A DNA stretch of 64,000 nucleotides from Anaerolineae bacterium. Its GTDB lineage: Bacteria > Chloroflexota > Anaerolineae > UBA1429. The position numbers were made by a program, and so were the translations under genes. Below the pieces are notes generated by a model. That model saw nothing but the letters and a program-made list of their open reading frames with translations. It ran no database searches and was not told where the DNA came from. Position 1 is the first letter of the stretch. Every line of letters starts with the position of its first letter. Below, in pieces: positions 1 to 9,324 of the stretch. The DNA lies in the NCBI GenBank assembly GCA_034433995.1, contig DAOTZU010000169.1:2109-66108 (forward strand). The letters run 5' to 3'.

Positions 1-584
1 CTGCTATAGGTGACCACGCCGATCCCGTGTTCCCGGCAAAAGGGCAAGACGTCGGCCTCGATAAAGCGCCAGATCATGTTATAGGGGGGCTGGAGGGCAT
101 CGATGGTGCCGTACTCCATGGCCTTGCGCAGGATGGGCAAGGTAAAATTGGAGACCCCCACGGCGCGGATCAACCCCTCGCGGCGCAGCGCCTCCAAGGT
201 CGTCATGGTCTCAACGATAGGTTGGTCAAAATTGGGCCAATGGACAAAGTAGAGGTCGATATAATCGGTTTGCAGACGGGATAGCGATCCCTCCAGCGCC
301 TTGCGTATGGCCTCCGGGGCGAGATGCGCGGGGGCAACCTTGGTGGCAATATAGACCTCATGCCGGCGGCCCTTCAGCCCCTGGCCCAGGATCTCCTCGG
401 AATGGCCGGCGCCGTAGGCCTCCGCCGTGTCAAAGAGGTTGACCCCCAGTTCCAGGCTGCGCTGGATGGTGCGGATAGATTCGGCATCGTCTGCGCCGCC
501 CCATTGCGCGCCGCCCATAGGCCAACAGCCCAAAGCGACCACGCTGACGTACAGATCGGTTTGACCCAGTTGTCGTTTCTCCAT
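1..584 (-). CDS. aldo/keto reductase family oxidoreductase (partial; C-terminus runs off window start)
   Basis: Reverse-strand translation from ATG at 584 gives MEKRQLGQTDLYVSVVALGCWPMGG...DTAEAYG, typical AKR N-terminus; frame stays open to position 1. Confidence 0.7.
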   Translation of the reverse strand, partial: MEKRQLGQTDLYVSVVALGCWPMGGAQWGGADDAESIRTIQRSLELGVNLFDTAEAYGAGHSEEILGQGLKGRRHEVYIATKVAPAHLAPEAIRKALEGSLSRLQTDYIDLYFVHWPNFDQPIVETMTTLEALRREGLIRAVGVSNFTLPILRKAMEYGTIDALQPPYNMIWRFIEADVLPFCREHGIGVVTYS

Positions 585-756
585 AGTGCCCCCTTGATGC
601 TTTAGCGACCGGCACGCAAGTTCGCCACACTGCGGTGTTCCAAGCTGAAACAAGGCTCCCACTGCGGTGGTTCGTGCTCCCAGGTAAAAGACCCCAAATG
701 GCCGGGGGCGATGTTGCGTAGCAGGTTCATGGGACACGCTCCTTAAAATTTGGATG

Positions 757-1755
757 TCAATCCTTGCGCCGATGGGATAGAGCCGCAGGGTTGGCCACAA
801 ACTCGGGCAGTTCGCCTCTGGCCAGGGCCAACGCGGCGCGCCCCACCCGGCGGCGCAGCGAGGCAAAGGTGGCATCGGCCCAGGACGCTGTGTGGGGCGT
901 GAGCACCACGTTGGGCAACCGACAGAAGGGGTGGTCCTGGCCGATGGGCTCGCTCTCAAACACGTCCAGGCCGGCGCCGGCGATCCAGCCCTCCTGCAGG
1001 GCCCGGATCAGGTCAGCCTCGTTGACCACCGCGCCCCGGCTGGTGTTGATAAAATAGGCGGTGGGCTTCATCCGCCGGAAGAAGGCGGCGTCGATCATCC
1101 CTTTGGTCTGGGGGGTGGCCGGCACGTGGCAAGAGACGTAATCGGCACGTGCGGCCAATTCCTCCAGATCCACGCGCTCCACCCCCGCTTGCGCAAAGAC
1201 CTCCGGGGCCACGTACGGGTCGTAGGCGATGACGCGCATATCCAACACCTGGGCCCGTTTGGCCAGGGCGCGGGCGATGTTGCCAAAGGCGATCAGCCCC
1301 AAGGTTTCGTCGTGGATGGTGCCCATGGGCTCCAAAAGGGCCCGGGCGGCGGCCCAACCCTGCTGGCGCAGGGTGTTATCGAGCCGCACGATCTTTTTGG
1401 CGCAGGCGAGGAGGAGCACCAAGGCGTGGTTGGCCACTTCGGCGATGCAAAAATCGGGGAAATTGGCCACCAGCACGCCATAGTCGCTGGCGGCGTCCAG
1501 GTCAATGGTATCCACACCGATACCATAGCGCACCACACCTTTCAGGCGGGGGGCCTGGGCGAACACCTCGCGGGTGTAGGGCTCACCGTAGCACAGGGCC
1601 ACGTCGGCGTCGCGCACCGCCGCTGCCACCTCCGCCGGCGTCTTGCAAGGGCCGCGCAGGACCAGCTCGATATCCGGCGCGTTCAGCGCCTCCCGCTCTT
1701 CGGGCAGGGGCGCGCCGGGCTGGGCTCCGGTATGAACGACGATCTTTTTGTTCAT
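757..1755 (-). CDS. D-isomer-specific 2-hydroxyacid dehydrogenase (phosphoglycerate dehydrogenase-like, NAD-binding)
   Basis: ORF 757..1845 (-); internal start MNKKIVVHTG at 1755; NAD-binding GxGxxG (FGNIARALAK) and catalytic motifs of D-2-hydroxyacid dehydrogenase family. Confidence 0.8.
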   Translation of the reverse strand: MNKKIVVHTGAQPGAPLPEEREALNAPDIELVLRGPCKTPAEVAAAVRDADVALCYGEPYTREVFAQAPRLKGVVRYGIGVDTIDLDAASDYGVLVANFPDFCIAEVANHALVLLLACAKKIVRLDNTLRQQGWAAARALLEPMGTIHDETLGLIAFGNIARALAKRAQVLDMRVIAYDPYVAPEVFAQAGVERVDLEELAARADYVSCHVPATPQTKGMIDAAFFRRMKPTAYFINTSRGAVVNEADLIRALQEGWIAGAGLDVFESEPIGQDHPFCRLPNVVLTPHTASWADATFASLRRRVGRAALALARGELPEFVANPAALSHRRKD

Positions 1756-2009
1756 GGCACCGTCCTTTCTCCAGGGTTTTGTTTCGCCCTCGGCGAGGCA
1801 AGAGGATGATAAACCGGTTTGGGCATCTGTCAATGCCGGGCGCAAGGGGGCGCGCCAGGTTCCTGGGAGATGCAGTGGACCTGGTTTTGCGCTATAATCG
1901 GGATGCCGCTGCCATCAGCCTGATTTGTCAAAACAGCCGGTCTGCATATATTCTCCAAGAGAATATTCTCGAAATTCGGTTTCCGTTCACGCATGTCAAA
2001 GGGGGAACG

Positions 2010-4301
2010 ATGGACACCACGCGCCTGGTTTTGTTGGGATTGTTGCGGGGTGGCGCCCGCTATGGGTATCAGCTCGGCAAAATGCTCCAAGAGGAGCGCT
2101 ACCGCGATTGGGCCACCGTGCCCACGGCTTCCCTCTACCGCGAGTTGGGGCATCTGGCCGATGAAGGCCTGATCGAGCGGGTGGGCGTGGAGGCCGCCGC
2201 CGGCCGGCCGGCGCGGGTGCTCTATCGTTTGACGGCGGCGGGGGAGGAGGAGTTGAGGCGCCTGCTGCGCGAGGCGTGGAGCGAGATCGCCCCTTGGGGT
2301 TCGCCCCAAGATAGCGCCGTCTTTTTCCTGGAGGCGTTGCCCACCCAGGAGGCAGCGGAGCTTCTGCGGCAACGGTTGCAGCGCCTGGAGGAGGAGGCCG
2401 ACCGTCTGCATCGCCCCGCCCGCGAAGGCCAAACCTCGCCGCTCTTGGAGGCGATCTGGGAGCATGCCCGCCTGCGCTGCCAGAGCGAGATTGAGTGGAC
2501 GCGCGCCCTCTTGGCGCGCCTGGAGGCGGGGGATCTGGCGCCCGAGCCGGCGCTCCCGGCCCAGGCCGCGCAGCCGGCGCCGCGCCCCCCACGGCGCACC
2601 ACGGAGGGGCTGGGCGCCTTTACCTTTGTCCTGCATACCCATCTGCCCTATTGCCGCCTGGCAGGGCGTTGGCCCCACGGCGAAGAATGGATCCATGAGG
2701 CCGCCGCGGAGACATACGTGCCCCTGCTCAACGCCCTGTACGATCTCCGCGAGGAGGGCGTGCCGTACAAACTGACTCTCAGCCTCACCCCCGTCCTCAC
2801 CGAGCAGTTGGCCGATGTGGATATCCAGCAACATTTCATCCTCTATCTGGAGGACGAGATCGAGGCGGCCGAGCTGGATATCCCCCGCTTTGGCGAGGAG
2901 GGACAGCCCCATCTGGAATATTTGGCCACCTTTTATCGCGATTTTTACACCCAGGTGCGCGATGCGTTTCTGCAGCGCTTCTCCGGCGATATCATCGGCG
3001 CCTTTCGTCAGCTCCAGGATGAAGGTTATGTGGAGATCATCACCTCTGCCGCCACCCATGGCTATCTCCCCTTGCTCTCCCGGGATGCTTCCATTTATGG
3101 GCAGTTGCGGGCGGGGGTGGAGAGCTACCGACGGCACTTTGGCCGGGCGCCCAGGGCCATCTGGCTCCCCGAGTGCGCCTATCGCCCGGCCTATCAGGAT
3201 TATGATAACATCGTGCGCCCTGCCCTGGAAGAGTTTCTCGCCCCGCTGGGCCTCACCTGCTTTTTTGTCGAGACCCACGCCATCGAGGGCGGGCGCCCGG
3301 TGGGCAAGGCCGCCGGCGAGGTGGCCATCGGCCCCTATGGGGCCATTCAGCGCCGCTATGTCATCCCCATGGCCGCAGAGCGGGCGCCGGGAGGCACCAC
3401 CTTCTCCGCCTATTATGTGGTGGGCAGCGCCAAAGGCTTGACGGATCCCCCCGTGGCCGTCATCGGGCGCAACAACCGCACCGGCCAACAGGTCTGGTCC
3501 GGCGAATGGGGCTATCCGGGCGATGCGGATTACCGCGAGTTCCACAAAAAAGATCACCAATCCGGCCTGCAATATTGGCGGGTGACGGGTCCGCGGGTGG
3601 ATCTGGGGGATAAAGACTATTACCATCCCGATTGGGCCGCCCACAAGGTGAGCCAACATGCCAACCACTTTGTGGGGTTGGTGGAACAATTGCTGCGGGA
3701 TTATCACGCCCAGAGTGGTCGCTACGGGCTTATCGCCTCCAACTATGATACGGAGCTCTTTGGCCATTGGTGGTTCGAGGGGGTACGCTGGATCCAAGAG
3801 GTCTTGCGTGGCTTGGCGCGCAGCGAGGTGGTGGACCTGGTCACCGCCAGCGAGTACATCAGCCGGCATCCGCCGCAAGAGGTGATGGCCGTGCCGGAGA
3901 GCTCCTGGGGCACCGGCGGCACCCACTGGACCTGGGATAACCCCGATACCCACTGGCTTTGGGAGCCGCTTCATCAGGCCGAGCGCCGCATGGAGGCCCT
4001 GGTGGCAAGTTTCTCCCCCGCGGAGGGCGAGGTTCGCCTGGCCCTCAACCAGGCCGGCCGGGAGCTGTTGCTCCTGCAGGCCAGCGATTGGCCCTTTTTG
4101 ATCACCACCGGCCAGGCCAAACAATACGCGGTGGAGCGTTTTCACGGCCACTTGGAGCGCTTCCATCGCCTGGCCAACTTGTTGGAGCAAGGAGACCTGA
4201 CCGAGGCCGCCCGGCTCGCCGTGGAGCTGTACGAGGTGGACAAAGTCTTCCCAGAGCTGGATTATCGCTGGTTTGCCGCGCGGCAAGGACGGGCAGAATG
4301 A
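2010..4301 (+). CDS. PadR-like winged-HTH domain fused to glycoside hydrolase family 57 (alpha-1,4-glucan branching-enzyme-like)
   Basis: ORF 1779..4301; start chosen at ATG 2010 after GGGGGA RBS. N-terminus has PadR signature (LLGLLRGGARYGYQLGK...SLYRELGHLADEGLIE). From FTFVLHTHLPY onward it is typical GH57. No in-frame start codon exists near the GH57 boundary. Confidence 0.75.
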   Translation: MDTTRLVLLGLLRGGARYGYQLGKMLQEERYRDWATVPTASLYRELGHLADEGLIERVGVEAAAGRPARVLYRLTAAGEEELRRLLREAWSEIAPWGSPQDSAVFFLEALPTQEAAELLRQRLQRLEEEADRLHRPAREGQTSPLLEAIWEHARLRCQSEIEWTRALLARLEAGDLAPEPALPAQAAQPAPRPPRRTTEGLGAFTFVLHTHLPYCRLAGRWPHGEEWIHEAAAETYVPLLNALYDLREEGVPYKLTLSLTPVLTEQLADVDIQQHFILYLEDEIEAAELDIPRFGEEGQPHLEYLATFYRDFYTQVRDAFLQRFSGDIIGAFRQLQDEGYVEIITSAATHGYLPLLSRDASIYGQLRAGVESYRRHFGRAPRAIWLPECAYRPAYQDYDNIVRPALEEFLAPLGLTCFFVETHAIEGGRPVGKAAGEVAIGPYGAIQRRYVIPMAAERAPGGTTFSAYYVVGSAKGLTDPPVAVIGRNNRTGQQVWSGEWGYPGDADYREFHKKDHQSGLQYWRVTGPRVDLGDKDYYHPDWAAHKVSQHANHFVGLVEQLLRDYHAQSGRYGLIASNYDTELFGHWWFEGVRWIQEVLRGLARSEVVDLVTASEYISRHPPQEVMAVPESSWGTGGTHWTWDNPDTHWLWEPLHQAERRMEALVASFSPAEGEVRLALNQAGRELLLLQASDWPFLITTGQAKQYAVERFHGHLERFHRLANLLEQGDLTEAARLAVELYEVDKVFPELDYRWFAARQGRAE

Positions 4302-4384
4302 CCTGGCGCAGAGGGATATAGTGAGGCTTTACGTTGGGCAAGGGCAGCGCTTTGCGTGGGCCAGGATGTGGTAGCGGCCGGCCC

Positions 4385-4413
4385 TTGACGCCCGGTGCCG
4401 ACGGCGCTATAGT
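4385..4413 (+). promoter_or_regulatory. sigma70-like promoter TTGACG-N17-TATAGT upstream of GntR-type regulator gene
   Basis: Hexamers with 17-nt spacer about 40 nt upstream of ATG 4450. Confidence 0.35.
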
Positions 4414-4449
4414 CTGGTTGGCGGTGTAGACTCTTGAAGGTGAGAGGTC

Positions 4450-5535
4450 ATGCCCAAGGCGACGGCAGAACGCGCACAACCTCTGTATCAGCGGGTCATC
4501 CAAGATATCTGCGCCCACATCGAAAGCGGCCAGTGGCGCCCTGGCGACAAGTTGCCCAGCGAGCACGCGCTGTGCGAGCGCTACGGCGTCAGCCAGATTA
4601 CGGTGCGCAGGGCGCTGCGCGAGCTGGCCCAGGCGGGACGGGTTTACAGCCACCACGGTTTGGGCTGGTTCGTCAGCGTGGAGAGGGCGGCCCAGGCTGC
4701 CGAGGTGACCCTGCTCCTCTTTGACCTCAATGAGGGCTATGCTCCCGTGGTGCATGCGTTGGCGCAGGCGTTATACCCCCATGGGGTCGTCTTGCGGTTG
4801 GCCTTGGTGGAAGGACCCGGTGAGGACGAAGCGGAGGCGGTGGCCGGGGCCATCGCCCGGGGCGCCGGCGCGCTGGTGCTGGATGTGACCGGCGAGGAGC
4901 GCCGCCTGATCCAACGGTACCATCGCCTGTTGCGCAACGTGGAGATCCCCGTGCTTTTTTTGCGCCACGAGGTGAACGGACTGGATGTGCCCGCAGCCAT
5001 CTTGGATGAGGCCAGCTGCATGGAACAGCTCACCCGCCATATTCTGGCCTTGGGGCATCAACGGGTGGCCTATGCGGGCAACGATCCTGCCTTGGTGGAG
5101 GGACAGCGGCAATACTGGGGTTTTGCCACCACCCTGTGGGATCATGGATTGGAGCTGCCCTTGGATTGGGTCTTTACCGGCGACCTCGCGGCGGAGCGGG
5201 AGGCGGCCCGTTTCCGCCGCGCCTTCCAAGGTGCCGAGCGACCCACGGCCCTCGTCTGCGCCTCCGCGCTCCAGGCGGCGGAGGCCATGCATCTCTTGCG
5301 CGAGCTGGAACTGCACTGCCCGGAGGACGTGGCCATCGTGGCTCTGGGCGATAGCGCTTTCGCTCCCCTTTTGCCCACGCCCCTCACCACCTTTCGCCTG
5401 GCCCTGGCCGAGCTGGGCCAGGCTGCCGCTCAGTTGCTCCTCGAACTGGTGGCCGGCCATCCTGTTCAAAGCGTTCGCCTCACCGGCGAGCTGGTTGTGC
5501 GCCAAAGCTGTGGTGCCCACGCTGCCCGAACCTAG
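4450..5535 (+). CDS. transcriptional regulator: GntR-type HTH fused to LacI/periplasmic-binding-protein-like sugar-binding domain
   Basis: N-terminal GntR HTH (LPSEHALCERYGVSQITVRRALRELA); C-terminal PBP-like domain; RBS GAAGGTGAGAGG. Confidence 0.75.
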   Translation: MPKATAERAQPLYQRVIQDICAHIESGQWRPGDKLPSEHALCERYGVSQITVRRALRELAQAGRVYSHHGLGWFVSVERAAQAAEVTLLLFDLNEGYAPVVHALAQALYPHGVVLRLALVEGPGEDEAEAVAGAIARGAGALVLDVTGEERRLIQRYHRLLRNVEIPVLFLRHEVNGLDVPAAILDEASCMEQLTRHILALGHQRVAYAGNDPALVEGQRQYWGFATTLWDHGLELPLDWVFTGDLAAEREAARFRRAFQGAERPTALVCASALQAAEAMHLLRELELHCPEDVAIVALGDSAFAPLLPTPLTTFRLALAELGQAAAQLLLELVAGHPVQSVRLTGELVVRQSCGAHAART

Positions 5536-5615
5536 CTCGTAAGAATCCTTGAGATGCTTGTGGCGTTCTCTATCCTCAGTTACGGTGGAATGCTTTCGGC
5601 TTGCCGGGGACTTGC

Positions 5616-6350
5616 TCAGCTGAGGGGATAGGGCACGTTGCGCCAGCCCGGCCGCGGCCGGGGGAAATGTCCGTTCTGCAAAAGAGCGTGCAGCCGGCGC
5701 CGCAAGGCTGCCAGTTCCTCTGGCGCGATCAATGCGGAGAGAGCTTGGACCAGCGGAGCTCCCTCTTGCGCCAAGGCGGCCCGCAGCCGGCCTAGTTCCT
5801 CTGCCATCTCTGGCGGGATGGGCTGCCCGGCATAATCCCAGATCACCGTGCGGAGCTTGTACTCCACATGAAAGGTGAGGCCGTGGTCAATGGCCCACAC
5901 CTGATCCTCTGGGCCCAGAAGGAGGTGCCCCCCTTTGCGGTCGGCGTTGTTGACCACGACATCGAACAGGGCGATGCGTTGCAGCTCGTCCTGGCGCGCC
6001 GGCGATTGGCGCCAGGTGAAATAGTGGGCCTCCTCATCCACGTCCACGTAGAGCTGCACCGAGCCGAGCCCCAGCGGTCCTTGGCGCAGCACCACCGGTG
6101 GGATGGCCGGCCAGCCCAAACTTTGGCCCAGGAGAAAGGTGGCCACCTCGCGGCGGCAGAGGGTGCCGGCGGGAAAATCCCACAGGGGGCGTTCGCCGCG
6201 GGCGGGCTTGTAGATGGCACAGAGCGCGCCCTCTGGGGCGTGCACCCGCGCCAAGAAGGCGGCGTTGGAGCTCCACACCAAGCGTCCCTCGAGTTTCAGC
6301 TCACCTTGGGCCAACAGGGCCAGGATCTCGGCGGTAGAAAGGGGCGCCAT
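5616..6350 (-). CDS. SCO1664-family protein (PI3/4-kinase-like fold; partner of DUF3090)
   Basis: ORF 5616..6524 (-); start taken at MAPLSTAEIL (6350) to avoid overlap with upstream gene; motifs NNADRKGGH, DHGLTFH. Confidence 0.65.
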   Translation of the reverse strand: MAPLSTAEILALLAQGELKLEGRLVWSSNAAFLARVHAPEGALCAIYKPARGERPLWDFPAGTLCRREVATFLLGQSLGWPAIPPVVLRQGPLGLGSVQLYVDVDEEAHYFTWRQSPARQDELQRIALFDVVVNNADRKGGHLLLGPEDQVWAIDHGLTFHVEYKLRTVIWDYAGQPIPPEMAEELGRLRAALAQEGAPLVQALSALIAPEELAALRRRLHALLQNGHFPRPRPGWRNVPYPLS

Positions 6351-6367
6351 GGGCGGAGGAGGGCGGC

Positions 6368-6910
6368 TCAGACTGTGGGGACCTGATCGTGGCCATTGCC
6401 CCGGGGGCAGAAATGGCCGCCGGGGTCTATGGGGTTGCCACAGAGGGTACAGATGGGCCGCCCTTGGCCGGCGACCTCCCGGGCCACGCGGCTGAGGGCG
6501 CGCATCTGCCCCAGGCCGGCCCAAAAGCGGGCCACCTGGAGGGGCGGGCCCTCTGCTGCGCCGGTCTCGGCGGCCTCCTGCACCACCAGCACCAGCAGCC
6601 CGCTGGCCTGGTCGAAGGCCAACGCCATCTGTCCCGCGACAAAGGCTGGCTCCACCGGCTGGCGCAGGGCCAGCGCGTCACCGGAGGGCTCCTCCAGGCT
6701 CGAGACGGGGCGCAGTTCCCGCTGCTCCAACTCTTCCAGAATCGTCTCGATGGCCCGGGCCAGGGCCACCACCTGTTCCTTTTCCAGTTTCAGGCTGATC
6801 ATCCGTTCGCCCTGGCTGGCTTGGAGGAAAAAGGTGCGTCGGCCCGGCTGGCCCACCGCTCCGATGGTGATGTGGGAGGTGGGATTAAACTCGTACACTA
6901 CTTCTGACAT
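6368..6910 (-). CDS. DUF3090-family protein (Cys-rich C-terminus)
   Basis: MSEVVYEFNPTSHITIGAVGQPGRRTFFLQASQGERM...PICTLCGNPIDPGGHFCPRGNGH; conserved partner of SCO1664 family. Confidence 0.7.
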   Translation of the reverse strand: MSEVVYEFNPTSHITIGAVGQPGRRTFFLQASQGERMISLKLEKEQVVALARAIETILEELEQRELRPVSSLEEPSGDALALRQPVEPAFVAGQMALAFDQASGLLVLVVQEAAETGAAEGPPLQVARFWAGLGQMRALSRVAREVAGQGRPICTLCGNPIDPGGHFCPRGNGHDQVPTV

Positions 6911-6934
6911 AGGTCTCCCCAGGTTTGCCCGGCG

Positions 6935-7483
6935 CTACGCTTCGGCCAGCCAGCGCCCCGTGGCCTCCAGGATGGGCAGCTTGGCCGCCAGGTTTTGCCG
7001 GCGCAGGGGCAGCACATCCACCAGGTCAAAACCGCAGGTGCGGAGCACCCTCTCCAGGCTCACAGCGCATGTGGGCCCTCCGCCTCCTCCGCCGCCGGCC
7101 ACGCAGAGCCCCACGGCCCGTTTATCGGCGATGCCGGCGCGGCCGGCATCGTGCATGCAGATGCGGCGCAAGCGGTCGGTGAAGGCCCGCAGGCTCTCGC
7201 TGAGATCGCCGAAATAGACGGGTGTGGCGAACACGGCCAGGTCCGCCGCTTTGATCTGGGCCACCAGGTTGGCGAAATCATCCTGGATGATGCAGCGGCC
7301 CTCGCTGCGGCAGATGCCCCAGCCGTCGTCTTCACACTGGCGGCAACGTTCGAGATGGCGGGTGGGCAAAAAGATGATCTCGCCCTGGCCGCCCCGCTCC
7401 TTCCAGCCCTGGAGCAACGCCTGGGCTGCCTTGGCCGTCTGGCCTGCAGGATTGCGGCTGCCGGAGAGGATGATGCATTGCAT
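6935..7483 (-). CDS. flavodoxin-like fold NAD(P)H-dependent FMN reductase / iron-sulfur flavoprotein family
   Basis: ORF 6935..7531 (-); start MQCIILSGSRNP at 7483 with GGAGGTG RBS; flavodoxin-like SGSxR motif and Cys cluster. Confidence 0.65.
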   Translation of the reverse strand: MQCIILSGSRNPAGQTAKAAQALLQGWKERGGQGEIIFLPTRHLERCRQCEDDGWGICRSEGRCIIQDDFANLVAQIKAADLAVFATPVYFGDLSESLRAFTDRLRRICMHDAGRAGIADKRAVGLCVAGGGGGGGPTCAVSLERVLRTCGFDLVDVLPLRRQNLAAKLPILEATGRWLAEA

Positions 7484-7625
7484 GATGGCACCTCCCAAAA
7501 GGGTTAAGATCTCTGAGCGCTGCCTTGACAAAGGCGAACAGGATGCTTGCCCATTTGCACACCATCAGGATAATCGCTAGGGGAAACTCTGTCAAACCTT
7601 TGGGCCGCCGTCCTTGCGGGGCGGT

Positions 7626-7654
7626 TTGAGCGCCGGAGCAAGAGGGCGTATAAT
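7626..7654 (+). promoter_or_regulatory. sigma70-like promoter TTGAGC-N17-TATAAT overlapping the first ATG of the downstream ORF
   Basis: Perfect -10 TATAAT (7649-7654), rare in this GC-rich sequence; implies the real start may be GTG 7689 (RBS GGGAGG). Confidence 0.35.
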
Positions 7655-8408
7655 GCGCCCCGACACCACCCATCCGGGAGGCAGAACGGTGCCCTCTCCC
7701 CTGATCGGTATTCCCGGCAGCAATAAAGACGAATCCTTTGTCCTGCGCAAGCCTTATGCCCGCGCCATCGCCGAGGCGGGCGGTTTGCCCGTCATCTTGC
7801 CCTTGATCCACGATGAGGGCCTGCTCTGCTCCCTTTATGCGCGCCTGGACGGCCTGCTTTTTAGCGGCGGGGGGGATCTATCCCCCGCCCACTATGGCGG
7901 GGAGGATAACGGCAGGCTCAACAACATAGATCCTGAACGTGATGCGGTGGAGCTCCTCCTGGCCCGCTGGGCCTTGGCGGAGGGGAAGCCTGTTTTGGGC
8001 ATCTGTCGCGGGATCCAGCTCCTCAATGTGGCCGCCGGCGGCACGTTGATCCAGGATATCCCCAGCCAGTTCCCCGGCGCGCTGGCGCACTGGGTCCGCG
8101 CCTCCGGCCATCGTCCGGCCCATGAGGTGGAGCTCGTCCCCGGCACGCTCCTGGCGGATATCCTCCTGGCCGGGAAGGCTTCGCGCCCCCTGGGCGTCAA
8201 CAGCCGCCATCACCAAGCGGTGTGCCGGGTGGCGCCAGAGTTTGTGGTCAGCGCCCGCGCCCCCGACGGGATCATTGAAGGGCTCGAGCGCCCTCAGACC
8301 CAAGGGGGTTTCGCCGTAGGCGTCCAGTGGCACCCGGAGGATCTGGTGCCCGGCGATCTCCCCATGGAGCGCCTCTTCCGGCGCTTTGTGGCCGCCTGTG
8401 GCCGTTGA
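7653..8408 (+). CDS. class I glutamine amidotransferase, peptidase C26 (gamma-glutamyl-GABA hydrolase PuuD-like)
   Basis: PLIGIPG...GGGDLSPAHYG...GICRGIQLLNVAAGG...H motifs; alternative start GTG 7689 if the overlapping promoter is real. Confidence 0.75.
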   Translation: MRPDTTHPGGRTVPSPLIGIPGSNKDESFVLRKPYARAIAEAGGLPVILPLIHDEGLLCSLYARLDGLLFSGGGDLSPAHYGGEDNGRLNNIDPERDAVELLLARWALAEGKPVLGICRGIQLLNVAAGGTLIQDIPSQFPGALAHWVRASGHRPAHEVELVPGTLLADILLAGKASRPLGVNSRHHQAVCRVAPEFVVSARAPDGIIEGLERPQTQGGFAVGVQWHPEDLVPGDLPMERLFRRFVAACGR

Positions 8409-8417
8409 GGCACGTCC

Positions 8418-9266
8418 ATGATCTCAGTCACCCCTTCCCGCCCCCCGACGCCGGACGATCCCATCGGTGTGTTCGATTCCGGAGTGGGCGGCTTATCGGT
8501 GGTGCGGGCCTTGGTGGCACAACTGCCCCAGGAGAACCTGCTCTACGTGGCCGATGCGGCCCATTGCCCTTATGGAGCGCGCGCGCCGGAGGAGATTCGC
8601 CATTTGAGCGAGGGGATCAGCCGCTATCTCATCGCCCAAGGCGCCAAAGTGGTGGTGGTGGCCTGCAACACGGCCTCGGCGGCGGCGCTGAGGCATCTGC
8701 GGGAAACCTTCCCCCAAACGCCCTTTGTGGGCATGGTGCCGGCCGTCAAGCCGGCGGCGCAGCTCACCCAGAGCGGCGTGGTGGGAGTGTTGGCCACGCC
8801 CATCACCATCGGTGGCGCCCTCTATGAGGAGGTGGTGGAGCAATATGGGGTGGGGGTGCGGGTGATCTCGCGGGCCTGTCCGGGCCTGGTGGAGCGGGTG
8901 GAGGAAGGGGACCTGGATGGCCCCGCGACGTTGGAGCTTGTGCGCGATTGCGTCACCCCTCTCTTGCGCGCCGGGGCCGATACCCTGGTATTGGGCTGCA
9001 CCCATTACCCCTTTTTGATCCCTCTCCTGCGCCGCCTGGTGGGCGATGGGGTACACATCCTGGAACCCAGCGACGCCGTCGCCAGGCAGACGGGGCGGGT
9101 GTTGGGCCGCCTGGGCCTCCTGCGCAGAGGCGGTGAGGCGCCCTGGGCCCTTTACACCACCAGCGGCGAGCCCCGGCGCTTGGCTGTGGCTGTGGAGCGC
9201 CTCCTGGGGCAAAAGGCCGACGTGCGCCAACTGCTTTGGCGTGGAGATAGCCTCGGAGAAAGGTAG
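8418..9266 (+). CDS. murI: glutamate racemase
   Basis: IGVFDSGVGGLSVV...VVACNTASAAAL signature of MurI. Confidence 0.85.
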   Translation: MISVTPSRPPTPDDPIGVFDSGVGGLSVVRALVAQLPQENLLYVADAAHCPYGARAPEEIRHLSEGISRYLIAQGAKVVVVACNTASAAALRHLRETFPQTPFVGMVPAVKPAAQLTQSGVVGVLATPITIGGALYEEVVEQYGVGVRVISRACPGLVERVEEGDLDGPATLELVRDCVTPLLRAGADTLVLGCTHYPFLIPLLRRLVGDGVHILEPSDAVARQTGRVLGRLGLLRRGGEAPWALYTTSGEPRRLAVAVERLLGQKADVRQLLWRGDSLGER

Positions 9267-9324
9267 GCGCGCGCGACGGAGATGGCCTCTCAGCGGGAGG
9301 GGGCCCCAGCCTTGCTTTTGCTCT

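Noticed and set aside
1779-2009. N-terminal extensions given by the ORF track
   Set aside because: Track ORFs at 1779, 35494, 40591, 19132, 31052 and 45969 begin at the first in-frame Met, which lacks an RBS or overlaps the upstream gene. Internal starts with SD sequences and family-typical N-termini were preferred.
1830-4286. 818-aa ORF on the minus strand opposite the PadR-GH57 gene
   Set aside because: Antisense shadow ORF typical of high-GC DNA; low-complexity Ala/Gly/Arg/Pro-rich translation, no start context, fully nested in a well-supported gene
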